The notes below the pieces were generated by a model. It did not search any database. It saw nothing but the letters and a program-made list of their open reading frames with translations, and was not told where the DNA came from. A stretch of 64,000 nucleotides of DNA from Euprymna scolopes (taxonomy: Eukaryota): the NCBI GenBank assembly GCA_053919585.1, contig CM132786.1; one strand, 5' to 3'. Below are positions 11,100-24,582 of this stretch, piece after piece. The stretch's first letter is position 1, and every line of letters starts with the position of its first letter. The translations under genes were made by a program, and so were the position numbers.

Positions 11100-11920
11100 A
11101 CTGGTCCATGTATTTGTAGGGATAATGGTCTTGTTGGTCGTGTTACTCTCATTCTGCGTCATGGGATCGGACTAGTTGGTTGTTGGTTTGTGCCTGGTCG
11201 GGTCTTGGTTATCCACCTCCATATCTGTGTCGAACGTGTTGTTTGCCATCACTACGTCATCATCCGTCTTTTCCATGTCCATCATGTCGTGTATGTCATA
11301 CGGGGATACGCTCTCCTCCATTCTTGGCCTTTGGGGAAGTGGTTGCTGAGGTAGTTGTACGTGCGAATAATATGGCGTATCCACGATAGATTGAACTTTC
11401 CGGAGGAAACGACTATAGCGTAGTGTTATCTTGCCGCTTCCATCAAACCGTATCCGTTCATCGTCGAAGATATGGTCCTTCTTGATTTTTTTCATTTGAA
11501 CGGATTCGTCGACCTTAAGCTGTTAAATTGGACGACTGTGCAAGTAATGTTCTTCGTTAAATCCTAACCCTTTTGCCATTTACCTTTCTCTCAATTCTTT
11601 CGTTTGTGTCTAACGCTTGTGAATCCAGTGCTTCCTGCGAAGTATAAGGTGGTGATCCCTTATTATTCGATCATATATCATTTCGGCTGGTGATAATCCG
11701 AGGTTCTGGTAGGGCGTATTCCTACGTGTCATCATCGCCTGTGCTGTCGGATCGTGGCGTATACGGCAGTAGCCATCGATGCAGTCCATGAGCATTCTTT
11801 TGGCTGTTTGCATCGCATGTTCAATTCGGCTATTACTTTCAGGATAATGTGCACATGATATACGTCTGCTTACGCCCTAGTCTCCAAGGAATTATTTATA
11901 ATCCAGTGAGTCGAATGGTG
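11100..11920 (-). pseudogene. Gypsy integrase C-terminal remnant
   Basis: TAKRMLMD..AMMTRRNTP..GLSPAEMIYDRIIRDH and IRFDGSGKITLRYSRFLRK. Confidence 0.7.
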
Positions 11921-11924
11921 ACTT

Positions 11925-12231
11925 TGTGATGGTATTAGTCTACCGAAAAATACCGGAAACTATTAAAATGTAATGTTTGTAAAAATAGAACGTTATCCTA
12001 GCAAAGCAAATATTTACAGAGAAAATTCTTTATGTTAAGATGTTTAGTAAATAAAAGAAATTAAGAACATAAATAACAATTTAAAATAGATTGAACTCTA
12101 GAGTTTGACGACTCTTATCTCATGGAGGTAATTTTAAAGTAGACTTTAGTTAGAGTTTTTTAAACAAGTATACGAGTATTTGATGAGCCAAAGATTAGAA
12201 GCGAGAGGGAGATAAGTCACAGTCAAAGATC

Positions 12232-12266
<35 letters not shown>

Positions 12267-12685
12267 GATCGAGTTGGACTGAGATGGCTCTCAGTAGAGG
12301 GGATCAGAATGCGTTAGTTTAGGATCAGTGGCAACTTTCCAATAGGGAAACTTCGGAAATAAAAGTTGCAGAGAAGACAACCCGAGATTCATTCATTCAT
12401 TCATATATACATCCGTCCATGTCATACAGAAACCTCGCAACGTAACCTTCTTTGCAGCTGTTCCCGAGGATCCATCAAACAAGATCAGGAATAGACCAGG
12501 TATGTTTCTCCGATTGACCCGATGTTACAGCCTCAGAGAACTGTTATATGTCCCTTTTGTTATAAGTTTATTGTTAAAATGGATCTGTTGTCATAATTTT
12601 TATACCACTAGACATTACGCAAGTTAGATACACGTACGTAATATATACACCCGTCCATGTCATACAGAACTCCCGCAACGTAACA
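11925..12685 (+). mobile_element. Possible solo LTR
   Basis: TG...AACA ends, AATAAA near 12358, (GA)n, internal direct repeat 12403-12445 / 12642-12684; no clear TSD. Confidence 0.35.
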
Positions 12686-12699
12686 CCTTCTAACCCTAT

Positions 12700-13180
12700 T
12701 TTTAGTGGACATGTCTCACCTATGTATAGTTTTCCTCAATTACATGGGATCTCATATACTCAGTTTTTAGTCATGATTTTTGTCTGTAGAAGTCGTGGCT
12801 CGCACAAGCTGTTTTCGGAGAGTTGAATCGTTTCTGAAAACTGTCCTGAGGTGAGTTTCCGAGTGGTGTCTTTTGGTGTTAGATCCAGATTTTTGGAGCT
12901 GATGTCATGCCCTCTCGATAGTTGTTTCGATGGATGGTTTCTCTTACACTGCCCATCTGCACTTGGCACGCATTGTTGTTATTACATATAGCTTTTGCTC
13001 GATGTTGTAGGCAACTGGCGATTCTTTTCCTTGTATTATATTGATGGTGGGAATTGAAGTTTAGGTACAATCCAGTGAAAGTTAGCTTTTGGTATATACA
13101 TAAACTCCTGGCAAGTGCGGGTTATTAGCACATCTAGGAACGAATAACGATAATTTGTTGTTATTTTCTTTTTCATTACA
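12700..13180 (-). pseudogene. Penelope-like element reverse transcriptase C-terminal remnant
   Basis: FLDVLI...VYQKLTFTGLYLNFNSHHQYNTRKRIASCLQHRAKAIC matches the PLE RT thumb motif YRKPT.T..YL.F.S.H. Confidence 0.8.
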
Positions 13181-13616
13181 AGTGTATTTGAGAACTTTTA
13201 TTATCACACAAGCCGAAAAGCTCGACATATAAAACCAATATGTAAATTCTTTGGGATAAAAGGGGCGCGTTCAAAATGAATGTTTTTAAGCACAATTGGA
13301 GCATGATAATTGACTTTTTGCATTTTAAAATTTAATTCAGGCCATTATATATAAAAAATAATTTTATAAAATCAACAGTAGGTTCTTTACAATGGAATGT
13401 AGACTAAAATGTATTATGAAATAAGTCATAGCGAGAGGTATTAAAGCTTCCTTTCGGTGCACCGCGATAGCTCCCCAAATAGAGCAGGCAATCAATCGAT
13501 TTGATTTAAAAATGGGCGATTTCGCCGATTTCGATGAAAAAATTTTAAAAATATGAGAGTATAAAACATTCGTTGATTATCATTCAATCCCGGGCAACGT
13601 CGTGTAACCATACTAG
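13180..13616 (+). mobile_element. Non-autonomous Helitron, 3' part
   Basis: Ends CCCGGGCAACGTCGTGTAACCATACTAG; body matches 55200-55604. Confidence 0.7.
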
Positions 13617-13832
13617 CTATGAATAATGACAAAATACATTACACGACTGAAAACAAAAATAGAAGAAACAAATGTTGATAATAAAGTAGGTGTGCATCGC
13701 TATTCGCCCAACAAATGTAAAGTCTCAGGTGATACAGAATAAACCAACCCACTGCAAGATTATGAAGTAATAATCCATCGCTTTCGCCAAATTTCATTGT
13801 TTCATGTAATTATTTAAATAATCTTATACATA

Positions 13833-13883
<51 letters not shown>

Positions 13884-13982
13884 ATGAACAAATGATTAAT
13901 AAAATATGTTAAAATACATCTTGAAAAAGAGTTAAAAACATATTTAATTTTAAAAAAAGGAAGCACAAGATAAGTGGATAGT

Positions 13983-14029
13983 CCTTAATCCGCGGAGTTT
14001 CGAAGAAATACTCTCCTTCTCATCAGAGG
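13983..14029 (-). ncRNA. Type I hammerhead ribozyme with palindromic stem III
   Basis: CCT-CTGATGA-GAAGGAG(agta)TTTCTTC-GAAA-cTCCGCGGAt-TA-AGG; host repeat 13884-14075 is the inverse of 46200-46380. Confidence 0.7.
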
Positions 14030-14479
14030 GCAGGAATTAGCAAAATGCAGGATCGGATTTTGCATATAAAAGTATTTAATGAAACTACAAGTAAGTCAAA
14101 GATCTTACTTGGTTAAAAAAAAAGGGTGAGGTAAGGGGAACAGGAGGCAAAAGAAAAATAATAAAAAGATTTCACATGAATGGATAGTCCGGTGAAGTGT
14201 AAAAATCCAAAAATGGTAAAATCCAAAACGGTCGAATTTAAAATTTCAATCCAATGGGTAAATTCCAAATGGTCCAAAATCATCCAAAAGGCAGAGTTCC
14301 TTGGAAAAGGGCGCCAATGGAATGAATTCCAAATCATTAAAAGAAAAGCACTAGAGATAATATTTAAAACACGTCTGTCAAGGCTGGATGAATCAAGGCT
14401 GGATGAATCAAAAAAATTTAATATTTATAATATATTTTAAGTTTACCATTTTGATTACCTTAGTAAACTTATTGTAACT

Positions 14480-14570
<91 letters not shown>

Positions 14571-16589
14571 CTAGCGTGTTTTACAGATATCGGTAATCTA
14601 GTGTATATAATAACGTTCACACAAAGGTACAGTAAACAAAAAACATTTACTGATATCTTAGAACGGCGATCAAGTTAAGCGCTTCTCTTAAATAAGACAA
14701 TAAACTGCCGCCTCCCTGCGGCATGTCTTCCTGTACTATTTCCTGTTGATCTGTGGACGATATCGATCTTACGTGATATTATTTGATTTAACCCGGACCT
14801 ACTGATGCAAGCATGTATTGAACTACAAAGTAAAAGGCTGCATTTCGCCATATGCTGTTAATGTTTCTTTGTTATATTGCCATCAATTAAGCGTAACTTC
14901 GTTTGTTTTAGCTTCTTGTGTTGTAGCTAATCGATGTTGCCTGGGATTCTTTGTTTTTTCATTTTCGTCGTTATTTATTAAACTCAACCGCATTTAATGA
15001 TATATTTTTTTGGAAATTAGGTCTTTAATGTAAAATTTAAGTACTATTGTGTGAATTATGTATAAATTAAATTACTAATAAAATTAATTCTTTTATGAAA
15101 TTCATCAAATTTTATTAACAATGATGCTCATGGTTTAGGTGAATATTTATAAGGTTGGTTGATGTAAATAACCCATAAAACTTTTCATCGTTTAATACAT
15201 TCGGATGTGCTAAATATTTTAATGACAGGAATGTTTTAGCTGATTATTAAAGTACGCTCAAAATCGTTTTTGAATTTCAAAGGTTAGCGACGTCATTTAT
15301 ACTTTTTCAACTATAAACAATATATTGAAATAGTTTACCTGTTTAGGATGAAAGTGAAATTTATTCTGATTTATTACATTTGGTAAATCGTTATAAATAA
15401 AAAATATACTTGTTTATGTGTTACTAATCGATAATCTAAAAAACTACTTTAGCGATTGCTTTGAGATTTTGCAATAGCATTTTAATCGTATGCATGCGTG
15501 CTTTTATATACTTAATATAAAATGGTATTACAATATTAATGTTTTTTTTTTTATTTGAAGTCGAAATTTCTCGTAACCAGCCGATCTACAACGAACCCGA
15601 CACGTTCTCGGTTATGCTTTGTTCCCTTTACCCTATCTTAAAATGTTACATTTCGGTGGCCTTCAACTACAGTCATACTTTAAAAAGTTTTCTGTTCATT
15701 TTTATTATCGAATTATTGTCGATAAAATATTAAACTTACACGTAAACAAAATTTGTATGATGTATTATTTTAACAGTTTTTAGTGGTTGGGGATGCTCCC
15801 CTTGAAAATATTCCTTCTATGTTTACATACGAGAACTTTGGACGCTAAAACAAGGTTTAAAACATTAATAACAACAACAATAACAACAAAAACAACAACA
15901 ACAACAACAAAATAAGACACTGAATATTCCTTTTTGCTTTCCCGGGAAAATTTACGTTTTAAAATTTGATTTTATTGAATGAAAACCTACTTAATTCAAT
16001 TACGTGATTTCTTTAATATTTCATCTTCGTTTCATGACTGGTACGTACGTCATACAGATTTTCTGTATTTTCTTTATTTTTAATTACTGTCATAAAGGCA
16101 ATTAAGAACTTGCACAAAAAAAAAGTTTAATAAACTATGCCCTTTTTTAAACTCTTCCTATATCATTGTTACATTGTTTTCTCCTGTTTCATAATGAATT
16201 TTGTTCGTTTACTAAATATTTTTCATGCTAATTTTAACAGACTTACAGATGCTCTTCTAGGAGAGGCTTAAGCCTGTAACTCAAGCACTGTAGCCTGAAT
16301 TTCAGTGGGCTTAATTGACAGACGTTCTTTAAAAGTTTCTTTTTATATTAACCATCGATTTATTATCGATAAACGACTAAACGTTCATGAAAAATAATCG
16401 GCAAAATTTATTAATTTAACATTTTTAAGTGAGTGCTCCCATACAACGTAAAACTAATTTCCCATACCTTTTTTTGTCTTTCGTAAGTATCAGCAAATTT
16501 TTGTTGTTTTTCTTTTAGTTAAAATGCTCCGCAGACTATCAGACTTAGTTCATCGTACTCGCGAAATATAAGCAGTGTGACGTGTAGTT

Positions 16590-16830
16590 GTCAATCATAC
16601 GATCATAGAATTATTCCAACAGATATGACATTTCCATTTAAGAGATTGAACCTCCAAATTCGATTGGTGTTTGCAATCACCATCAACAAAGCTCAAGAAA
16701 AATTTTTTACATTTGAGTGACTTACATCTACACACTGATTTTTTCTCACACGGACGATTTGTAATAGAAATCATCACTCTCGCAAATGGCCTCGTGTTTG
16801 CTTAGCCTACAAAATGAAAGCAGAAAAATA
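16590..16830 (+). pseudogene. Helitron PIF1-type helicase C-terminal remnant
   Basis: IPTDMTFPFKRLNLQIRLVFAITINKAQ, then after a frameshift LHTDFFSHGRF (cf. FKRLQFPIRLAFAMTINKAQG..FSHGQLYV). Confidence 0.8.
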
Positions 16831-17223
16831 TAGAAAAGAAAAGATAAGCACAATTTATAGGTCGCTGATTGGTGAACGTATGCCATTAATTCACATATGT
16901 ACACAATTAGTAACTGTTGAAAGGGACGAATTCTAAAGCATGAGGGATGTTGAGTTTTTTGTTGGAGAGCTTAGAACGAGAACGAACGGTGGAAGATAAT
17001 ATCGAATACACGAGGATTTATTGCTAGTTGAGGAAAGAAAGAAAAAAGACTTTCGTGTGTTGTATCGACATGAGGACGGTTTGACACTGCCATTTTTGTT
17101 TTGTTTTTTGTTTTGGGTTTTTTTTTGTTTTTTTTTTTTGTTTTTGTCTTATTTTGTTCCGTTTCCATTTATTAGCTATCTCGGCGTTTTTATTTTATTT
17201 TATTTTCAAGTGACTTTGATAAG

Positions 17224-17600
17224 TGGTGACTTGAAAAAAAATGGTCAGTTTCGACATTCGTATAATACCGGAATTTGATGGACCTACTGCTGGGCCCTCT
17301 GTTATCGAATGGGTTTAGAAGGCTGAGCGTACTTTCAAATTGTGCAAAATAAAAGAGCCAGCAACATCCATCCCGTCGGTGTTAATCGGAGGGGCCTATG
17401 CAGTGTACCAGCAACTCTGGGATGAATCTGACTCGGAAGAAATTAAGCAGAGCTTACATACAGCATTTGGTATGAATCCTTTTGTTGCATGGCAACAGTT
17501 CACTACCCGGCGAATGAAATGAAATGGTGGACGTTTACTTAGCTGATTTACGGAATTTATCAGCCTCGTTTAGTGGTGTCAACGACAAAATACTCGAGAA
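17224..17600 (+). pseudogene. Gypsy-type gag N-terminal remnant with PBS-like TGGTGAC
   Basis: From ATG 17241: MVSFDIRIIPEFDG..SVIEWV*KAE..GGAYAVYQQL..IKQSLHTAF..AWQQF, then VDVYLADLR after a frameshift. Confidence 0.6.
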
Positions 17601-17789
17601 TACTCTAAATGTTAGAATGCAAAACGCCATAAACCCACCTTTAAAATTACGACATTCAACAAGTAAATCACAAATATGTTAAACAAGACATGGATTGAAA
17701 GCTTTTTTTTCGTAATGAAAGTAAACAGGAAGTATCCCGATATTATATTTTATACAACATTATTGCGAAACAGGGTCGAATGTTAAAAT

Positions 17790-18404
17790 GTGGAATTTTA
17801 TGTGGTGATGTCTTCAGAACTTTTTTAAATGGAGTTTATCGTGTTTTGCATTTCATTCATTCAGGAACTGCTAGAAAGACTTGTCCTGCCTTGATAGAGT
17901 TCAAAATAGACTTCGTAGCCTCGTAGGAGATGTCCTTTTCTCTTCCCTGCAACCTCTGTCTCACTGAAGAGATGTTGCGAGTTTGTCTCTGGTGTATTGT
18001 TATTTTCATGGAAAGTGTTCGACTGAGCTTGAGACTATGGTCCCCCCTCGCCTAACTTTCATAAGAAACACTCGTCTAGGTGAAAACACTATCAATAATT
18101 CCCCCCACTCTTTATCTGTGCCTAAACCTAAACGTAGATTCCATGAGCAAAGCTTCTTTCTTAGAACTGCACGCCTGTGGAATTATCTTCCGTTTTCCTG
18201 CTTTCCGGCTGACTACAATATGGTTGTGTTCAAGTCTAACGTAAATAAGTTCTTGATGAGCCGTTCCATATAATTTAACAAATTTGCCGAATTTTCATTA
18301 CTAATGATTACTATATTGTCCAATTTCTACTGTACACTCTTTAACCCTTATCCTTGAGTGGCCTCTTGGCCTTGATAATGTGGTGATGCCTGTGTAAAAA
18401 AAAA
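17790..18404 (+). mobile_element. 5'-truncated CR1-group (Zenon-like) LINE
   Basis: LQPLSH*RDVASLSLVYCYFHGKCS..SFFLRTARLWNYLP..FKSNVNKFL, then 3' UTR and A tail. Confidence 0.8.
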
Positions 18405-19191
18405 TCTACTTAATCCTACCTATTATTACTCAGTTTTACTTCATTCATAAAAAACCAATCAACTAGTACATATATGATATTTTAAACCTTTCAGTCATTT
18501 TTTTCCTTTTAACGTTGAGCTCTTAACCTCTTATTTACAAACGCAGGTTTAGTCAGTCACAGCCTTTTATCATTTTTCCCTCTTTTGTCAATCTCACTTT
18601 CTTTTTTTCTATATGCCATTTATTTTCAGCTTTTACGCGTAACATTTGGAGATTTTGAACGTTTGTCAGGTCTTCTCAGTCCAATGACTAAAACCATTGA
18701 ATTTTTAATGTGTTTTAGCTGAATAAATTGTTTGGAGTGGTGAAATAACATGCCAACAATAAGTCATTAGAAAAAAAAAGGCGGTTTAGTCTGCGTCACT
18801 TCCTGCCCGTCGATTATATATTCGTAGGTAAATGCGTTTACTATACCCGCTTTCCACCCCCATGTTTCTCTTCTTATATGTGTGTCCGTGAATATGAATT
18901 CGATTTGTCTGAAATTAGTTGAACGGATATAACTAACTATTTTACTTTTGTTTTCTAGTTTTTATATATTATAAAAAAATATGTTCTGTAACGACGTTTT
19001 TCGTAATGATAGTAATAATGCGTCAGTAATAATTTCTTTAAAGGTATACAAGCATTTATCTATTTATTATCACATAGAACAATGCGAGCATGAGACATAT
19101 AATGGTTAAGATTAAACTTAGAAAAGTAAAAGGACTGTTGTTAAAACTGGAAAAGGAAAGGACAAGATATTCTAGTAAAAAATATAATAAA

Positions 19192-19680
19192 CTAGCAGGG
19201 AAACCCGACGTTTCCCGAGAGTGAATGAATCGCCCGGGAAGAAACTTCACATACTTCCATGCAGTTACTTAGTCAAAAATATATGTTATTCTACATTGCA
19301 CTCTAGAGAACCTACTGTTTCTTTTATAAAATTATTTTATATAAACTTCTTTCCAGTTAACAAAAAAAAATTAAAAAGTTTACGTGCGGGGTTTGAACCT
19401 TCAGACCACGTCATGCAAAAGAAAAAAAAACATTTAAATTTTCAAGTCTTATAAAATTCTTTGCAGATAATGAAAAAAAAAAGAAATGTACGTATTGAGT
19501 TTGAACCTACAGACCACATCATGCAAAACAAATCGCTATCAACTTACCCACAGTAGAATTTTCACGGCCTGTTGTTCTATCGTTGTTACTAAAAACTTTC
19601 GACAGAGACGACGGATTTTACAAAGTTTCATATCGTTTTGAAGTTCGCCCTTTAAGACGACAAATATCGAAAAATTGACT
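19192..19680 (-). mobile_element. Non-autonomous Helitron with duplicated tRNA-like segment
   Basis: A|CTAGCAGGGAAACCCGACGTTTCCCG end; B-box GGTTCAAAC on the minus strand near 19390-19400 and 19498-19510. Confidence 0.6.
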
Positions 19681-19699
19681 AAAAATATTAATATCTTCA

Positions 19700-19847
19700 C
19701 CTTCAACTGGGCACTTTCAATAGGGGGGGGCGTTCTTTTCCTCCTTCGCGGTACAGGTTGGAGCCTGCCTTCCTACTATCACTTTTTTTTTTTTTTTTGC
19801 TCAACATACACATCCAAACACCCCGGCATCGCCGGGCTGAAATGCTA

Positions 19848-19914
<67 letters not shown>

Positions 19915-20405
19915 AAAGTGTCTGACTGTGTGTCTGTGTACATTTTCCTACCAAATAACTCTGTCAATTTTCGGTCTACAGACTCGAAATTTGGCATAAG
20001 TGGTATTGGGAGTTGGAAAAATCTTTTTAATCTGTTTTTGGCCAGAGATTTTGCTGTCAAGGGGTCAAAGTTCAACGATTTTACCTTTGAGAACTCTACC
20101 AAACTCCTCCGACAATTTTTGGGTTCAAACACTTTAAATTTTAGATATAGAATACTTGGACAGGGATCTAACTTTATAATTCTATTTGAGCCCAAAACAA
20201 TAAATGCTAAGGGGTCAAAATTGGGGGCAAAGTTAAAAACAAAATTGACGTCTACGTTCTCTATCAACTTTCCTCTATGGTAATTAAGGAAGACTATTAT
20301 ATAGAAAGGCATTACCGTACATATTCACACTTTGTAATATATACATAGGCACGTAAAACAATGAACAGTACATAGGGTCCGGGCAAAGCCGGGCGGAACT
20401 GCTAG
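19700..20405 (+). mobile_element. Two consecutive Helitron 3' ends / tandem non-autonomous Helitrons
   Basis: CCCCGGCATCGCCGGGCTGAAATGCTAG|T (ends 19848) and CCGGGCAAAGCCGGGCGGAACTGCTAG|T (ends 20405); the second starts in the (TA)n at about 19850-19910. Confidence 0.7.
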
Positions 20406-21478
20406 TTTTAAATAAAACCCATTTCATTTAGATAAAAATGCCAGGCACTTTTTTTTACTTTATTTGTTTGTGATGTATTTGCGTCGCCGAGGGGTTCTAC
20501 ATATGTTTCTATAGTTGAATCGTGGTGTGTTGCATGTGTATACGTGGCACTACTAAATATCTGCGTGTTCTTATCGTAAATGTATGCATGTATGTATGTA
20601 TGTATGTATGTACGTTGTGTAAAAGACTTTTGTCCTCACCCAATTGTCTATTTAAGCGGTCCGTGATTCATCTAGATGTTAGTGCGTGCGTGTCATAACA
20701 TATAACATTGAACAAATAAATAACATGACATGACGAACATGCCTGTTTTGCTGGCTGTTTCTACTGGGAGGTTTGTCAACCGTCCTTGGGGGGAGCTGGA
20801 ATCTGTTAGAAAGAACACTACATGACAGGACCCCCAAGACGATGTGAGATTTTATGTATTTTATTCACTCCCAGGTATTCGTCATAGCATAAGGAGTGAT
20901 CGACGATATTCAGCTTGGTGGGGATTCTTCTGTCTCCATTATCATAGAGAGACACGTTTTCAGCCCACCTGTCTTCTTGGTGTCTCAAATCCAACCGCTA
21001 AGACCTGTTGAAAATTCCACGGAATGAGAAACACTTTCAATCAACAATATGCTTTGATAAAGCTTATATTTTTTTCTGGATTGCGTAAAAATAGTTTGAG
21101 ATGTAGAGAAAAACTAGTAATACTTAACAAATATGAGTTTATTAACATTTCTATGAACATATTATCAATTGTTTTTTAATATTGAATTAATCCAAATGAA
21201 GTAAAGTGATAAATACTTATAAATACTCATAAAATAATATTCTGCTCCATAGTTCAATACAATTTATTGTTGTAAGAGACAATGCTTAATTTAATTTTTC
21301 AGTCCAGCATCTTTTCGCAGAAAATTGTTTTTTTTTTTTTTGTTTGTTTTTGCACTGTTTATTTCGAGTGTTCCGTTTTTTACGTAAAGTTTCGCTGACT
21401 TCTTTTTTTTGGTGAAGAATCGTTGCATGTCGAAATTACTACAAGTTCCTTTCTCACACCATTACAACAATAGTCATA

Positions 21479-21540
<62 letters not shown>

Positions 21541-21994
21541 TCGAAAAGGAGGCTATATCAAAGGGAAGTCACTTTTGTATTCTTGCCCAGGTTTGCCAGA
21601 TTGGCCTTTTTAAAAGGCAAGTAAATTGTATTTGGCCTTTTTTAAGCGTAACATACGGACTAACTAAGGAAGTAACAAAAAAATATAATATAGATTTAGG
21701 GAGAACAGAATGTCATCTGAAACTCACATGTTTAGCTTATTTTTTTTGTTCTTTTTTTTTCAACAAATATATTCAGCGGATTATCCAAGTTCTCACACGA
21801 ATATTCCACTGCTTTGGATTAAATAACTTTGGCTACAGCATAGTAATATAAAAATAATTTTTAAAGCGTAGAAACATATAACATTCTGCACCTGGTCATT
21901 ATTGCTAATATTCCTTTTTTATCTTTGTCTTTGTGAAGGATCTGAAATTTTACAAGATGTCTGAAAATCTTTTTTTCTATTTCAGAAACTGCGA

Positions 21995-22620
21995 TCAAAC
22001 GATATTTTAAAGATTCTAACTGTCCCTTAAAGCGCTACTGATTGTACCTCCCTGGCACTTTGTTCACCGGGTATATTAACCATGTCGTTTTCGAAATTAT
22101 TTCAAATTGCTCCTATGATTCCACCGGCTCATGAATATCTTATAAAGGTTTTAATTTATGTTCATGCTGTACATAAGGCATTGGTATTTCGTTTTCTCCC
22201 TCCTTTCATCTGGCATGCTTAGGGACACTGACATTAACTAGAGCTGCTACTTTCTTTCTCGTTTCTTACATCGCTATATCAGATTTAATATATCCGCTCC
22301 CGATATATGTGACTCTAGGGATCATTTACTCATATTGATATCGCTAATTTCCAGCAAGTCCCTCTAATATACGTTCCTATGATTTACTGCTAAACTTGAT
22401 ATTCAATTTTACACAAGTGCTTCAGGGCAAAAACATACACACTCCATTGTCTAACATTGTATAGAACCAATCCTCTGCAGAATCTTATAACTGGAGTCAG
22501 GTTATCCACACTCTCTCTTTTTGTGTGAATCAGTTACACTTGACATTACTGAAACAACTCATCTTCTTCAGAGAATTTGGGCCGACATTATCATCCTCTC
22601 TTGATTAGAGTAGAGTGATC
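21995..22620 (-). pseudogene. R4/Dong-like non-LTR element, zinc-knuckle / restriction-like endonuclease remnant
   Basis: Frameshifted pieces: ESVDNLT, KVAALVNVSVP, EEKTKYQCL, IIGAI, IPG..EVQSVAL*GTVRILK. Confidence 0.55.
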
Positions 22621-22829
22621 TTATAAATCAGTCTCTAGAGAATTTATTATCTTTAAATCTAAATGTGTGCAATAGACACGAGTTCAGATTTATACAACGA
22701 CATAATTGTCATGTATATAGAAATAACTAGTGATGTTGTTTTAAAAATATATACGCTTTTAGTGTGTTTGACTTGTATAAAATGCAACGTATAATAATAA
22801 AGATTTAATATGAAATATATATATCATTC

Positions 22830-23110
22830 AAACACTACCGTGTTTTTATTATATGGTTAAGTGGAAGTTTTAGTCATTTAGAACTGCTTCATAGCTCCAC
22901 CGCTCACTCATCTTTCGACCAAATTTCAAACAATTATTGCAGTTTATAGATCACCTTCTTAGCTATATTGTGGGAAAAAAATTACATTTTCGTTCAGTAA
23001 AACAAAAATTATGATGAATTTACTGTTGTTCAAAACCGTAAAAAAATGTAAGGAGGTTAACGACGTTTTTTTATGACTGGTTTCCATAGCAACCATGTTG
23101 CTTCAGCGAC
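22830..23110 (+). repeat. Interspersed repeat (MITE-like), second copy at 28316-28580
   Basis: ATATGGTTAAG.GG.AGTTTTAGTCATTTAGAACTGCTT...CGACGTTTTTTATGACTGGTTTCC shared by both copies. Confidence 0.7.
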
Positions 23111-23325
23111 TACGGTTGCTACCAATTCACCGCTCTCGCGAAAAGAGAAATAACAAGTGAAACAGACGGAATGAAAGGGAGATAATTGAAAGGATTTTAT
23201 AGAAAGCAGATGAGTTCCGTGCATTGTTATTACATGTGTGTATATTATGTTTATGAGGCAAAAAATAAGACTGAAATTAAACAAAGAACAAGTTAATTTA
23301 CTGGAAGCCTGGAAAAATCATGGAT

Positions 23326-23580
23326 TACAATAGAAAAATACGAGCATGAAAAGTAATACGGTTAAGCTTAAACATTGAAAAGTACAGGATTAGTTGTTTA
23401 AACTGGAAAAGAAAAGGACAAAATATGCTAATAAAAAATATAATAAATTTATAACTTAAAATATTGCAGCATTTAGAATTTTTTTAAATTCAATTTATAA
23501 CATTATATAATCAATTCTTAGTGCTGCAATATCTTAAGTTATAAATTTATTATATTTTTTTACTAGAATGTCTTGTCCTT
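23326..23580. repeat. AT-rich foldback repeat; related copies at 19050-19190 and 24390-24482 (inverted)
   Basis: AAACTGGAAAAG.AAAGGACAA.ATAT.CTA.TAAAAAATATAATAAA is shared; 23416-23580 is palindromic. Confidence 0.6.
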
Positions 23581-24287
23581 GTTATATAATCGTGTTCCAA
23601 AAAGGAACCAAAACAGTGTATGCTGTATAATTTGTCTAAATGTTGATATGCATACTTGAGACGAAGGGTTCGTCCTGATGTGTATACGTATCATTAAATG
23701 TCTGTCGTTGCTTCTTCACTATTTGAACCCTAGAATTGTTTTTGCAGTCTATTTATGATATATTCATATCTTAATTGTTCATGTGTGTGTGTATGTGTAT
23801 GTGTGTGTGTGTGCGCGCGCGCGATACATGTATTTCGGACATACCTTAACTTCATGCGTCGTTGATCTTGTCCACCTGGAATTCTTTTTTATTCTTGGAG
23901 GGGAGGCTTGAACCCACTTGGACGAATATTCATTCACTTCTAAGAAGGATGTTTGGTTTTATATAGTTTTTATTTACTTTCCAGATGTCGATCGCAGAAG
24001 AATGGAAAGTGAATATTTTTGCTTGCGTGGTTACTTCTAGATCTTTATATTCACACACGTCACCTCCCATCCCGGTGAAAACTGGACGACCTGTTATACC
24101 GTCCGCTCTTCTTTACGTCCAAATTCCAACTCTCTGATCTCCAGGTTACCTGATCACGTGACTCTCACGCAGATCCGATCAGCTGACCAGCTCTTCCGGT
24201 AAATTTGTCTACAATATGATTTACCATATTCTGACAGATCTTATAAATATTCTTCATATTCATCTCAGGTCCATCTCTCGAGTCAGG

Positions 24288-24331
<44 letters not shown>

Positions 24332-24477
24332 GAAATAGAGAAATAAATAAAGGATCGACACTTTCTTGTGTTCGACCTATTACATAACATCCTTTTCTTT
24401 TCCAGTTTAAGCAACTAGTCCTTTACTGTTCCATATTTAAGCTTAAACATATTTTTCATGTTCGCATTTTTCTATTG

Positions 24478-24531
<54 letters not shown>

Positions 24532-24534
24532 CTC

Positions 24535-24582
24535 CTCTTCTGATGAAAAGCATTTAGCTTTGAAATGTCATGGCCTAAGGAG
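24535..24582 (+). ncRNA. Type I hammerhead ribozyme
   Basis: CTCTT-CTGATGA-AAAGC(attta)GCTTT-GAAA-tGTCATGGCc-TA-AGGAG. Confidence 0.7.

Noticed and set aside
16726-16806. 81-nt minus-strand exon with good acceptor and GTAAGT donor
   Set aside because: Stops in all three frames, and the sequence is explained as antisense Helitron helicase.
19845-20312. Overlapping 155-aa and 123-aa ORFs
   Set aside because: They lie within a non-autonomous Helitron, have no recognisable domain and run into (TA)n.
20616-20822. Solo LTR candidates (also 42848-43282, 23980-24290)
   Set aside because: LTR-like composition, but no convincing TSD or second copy.
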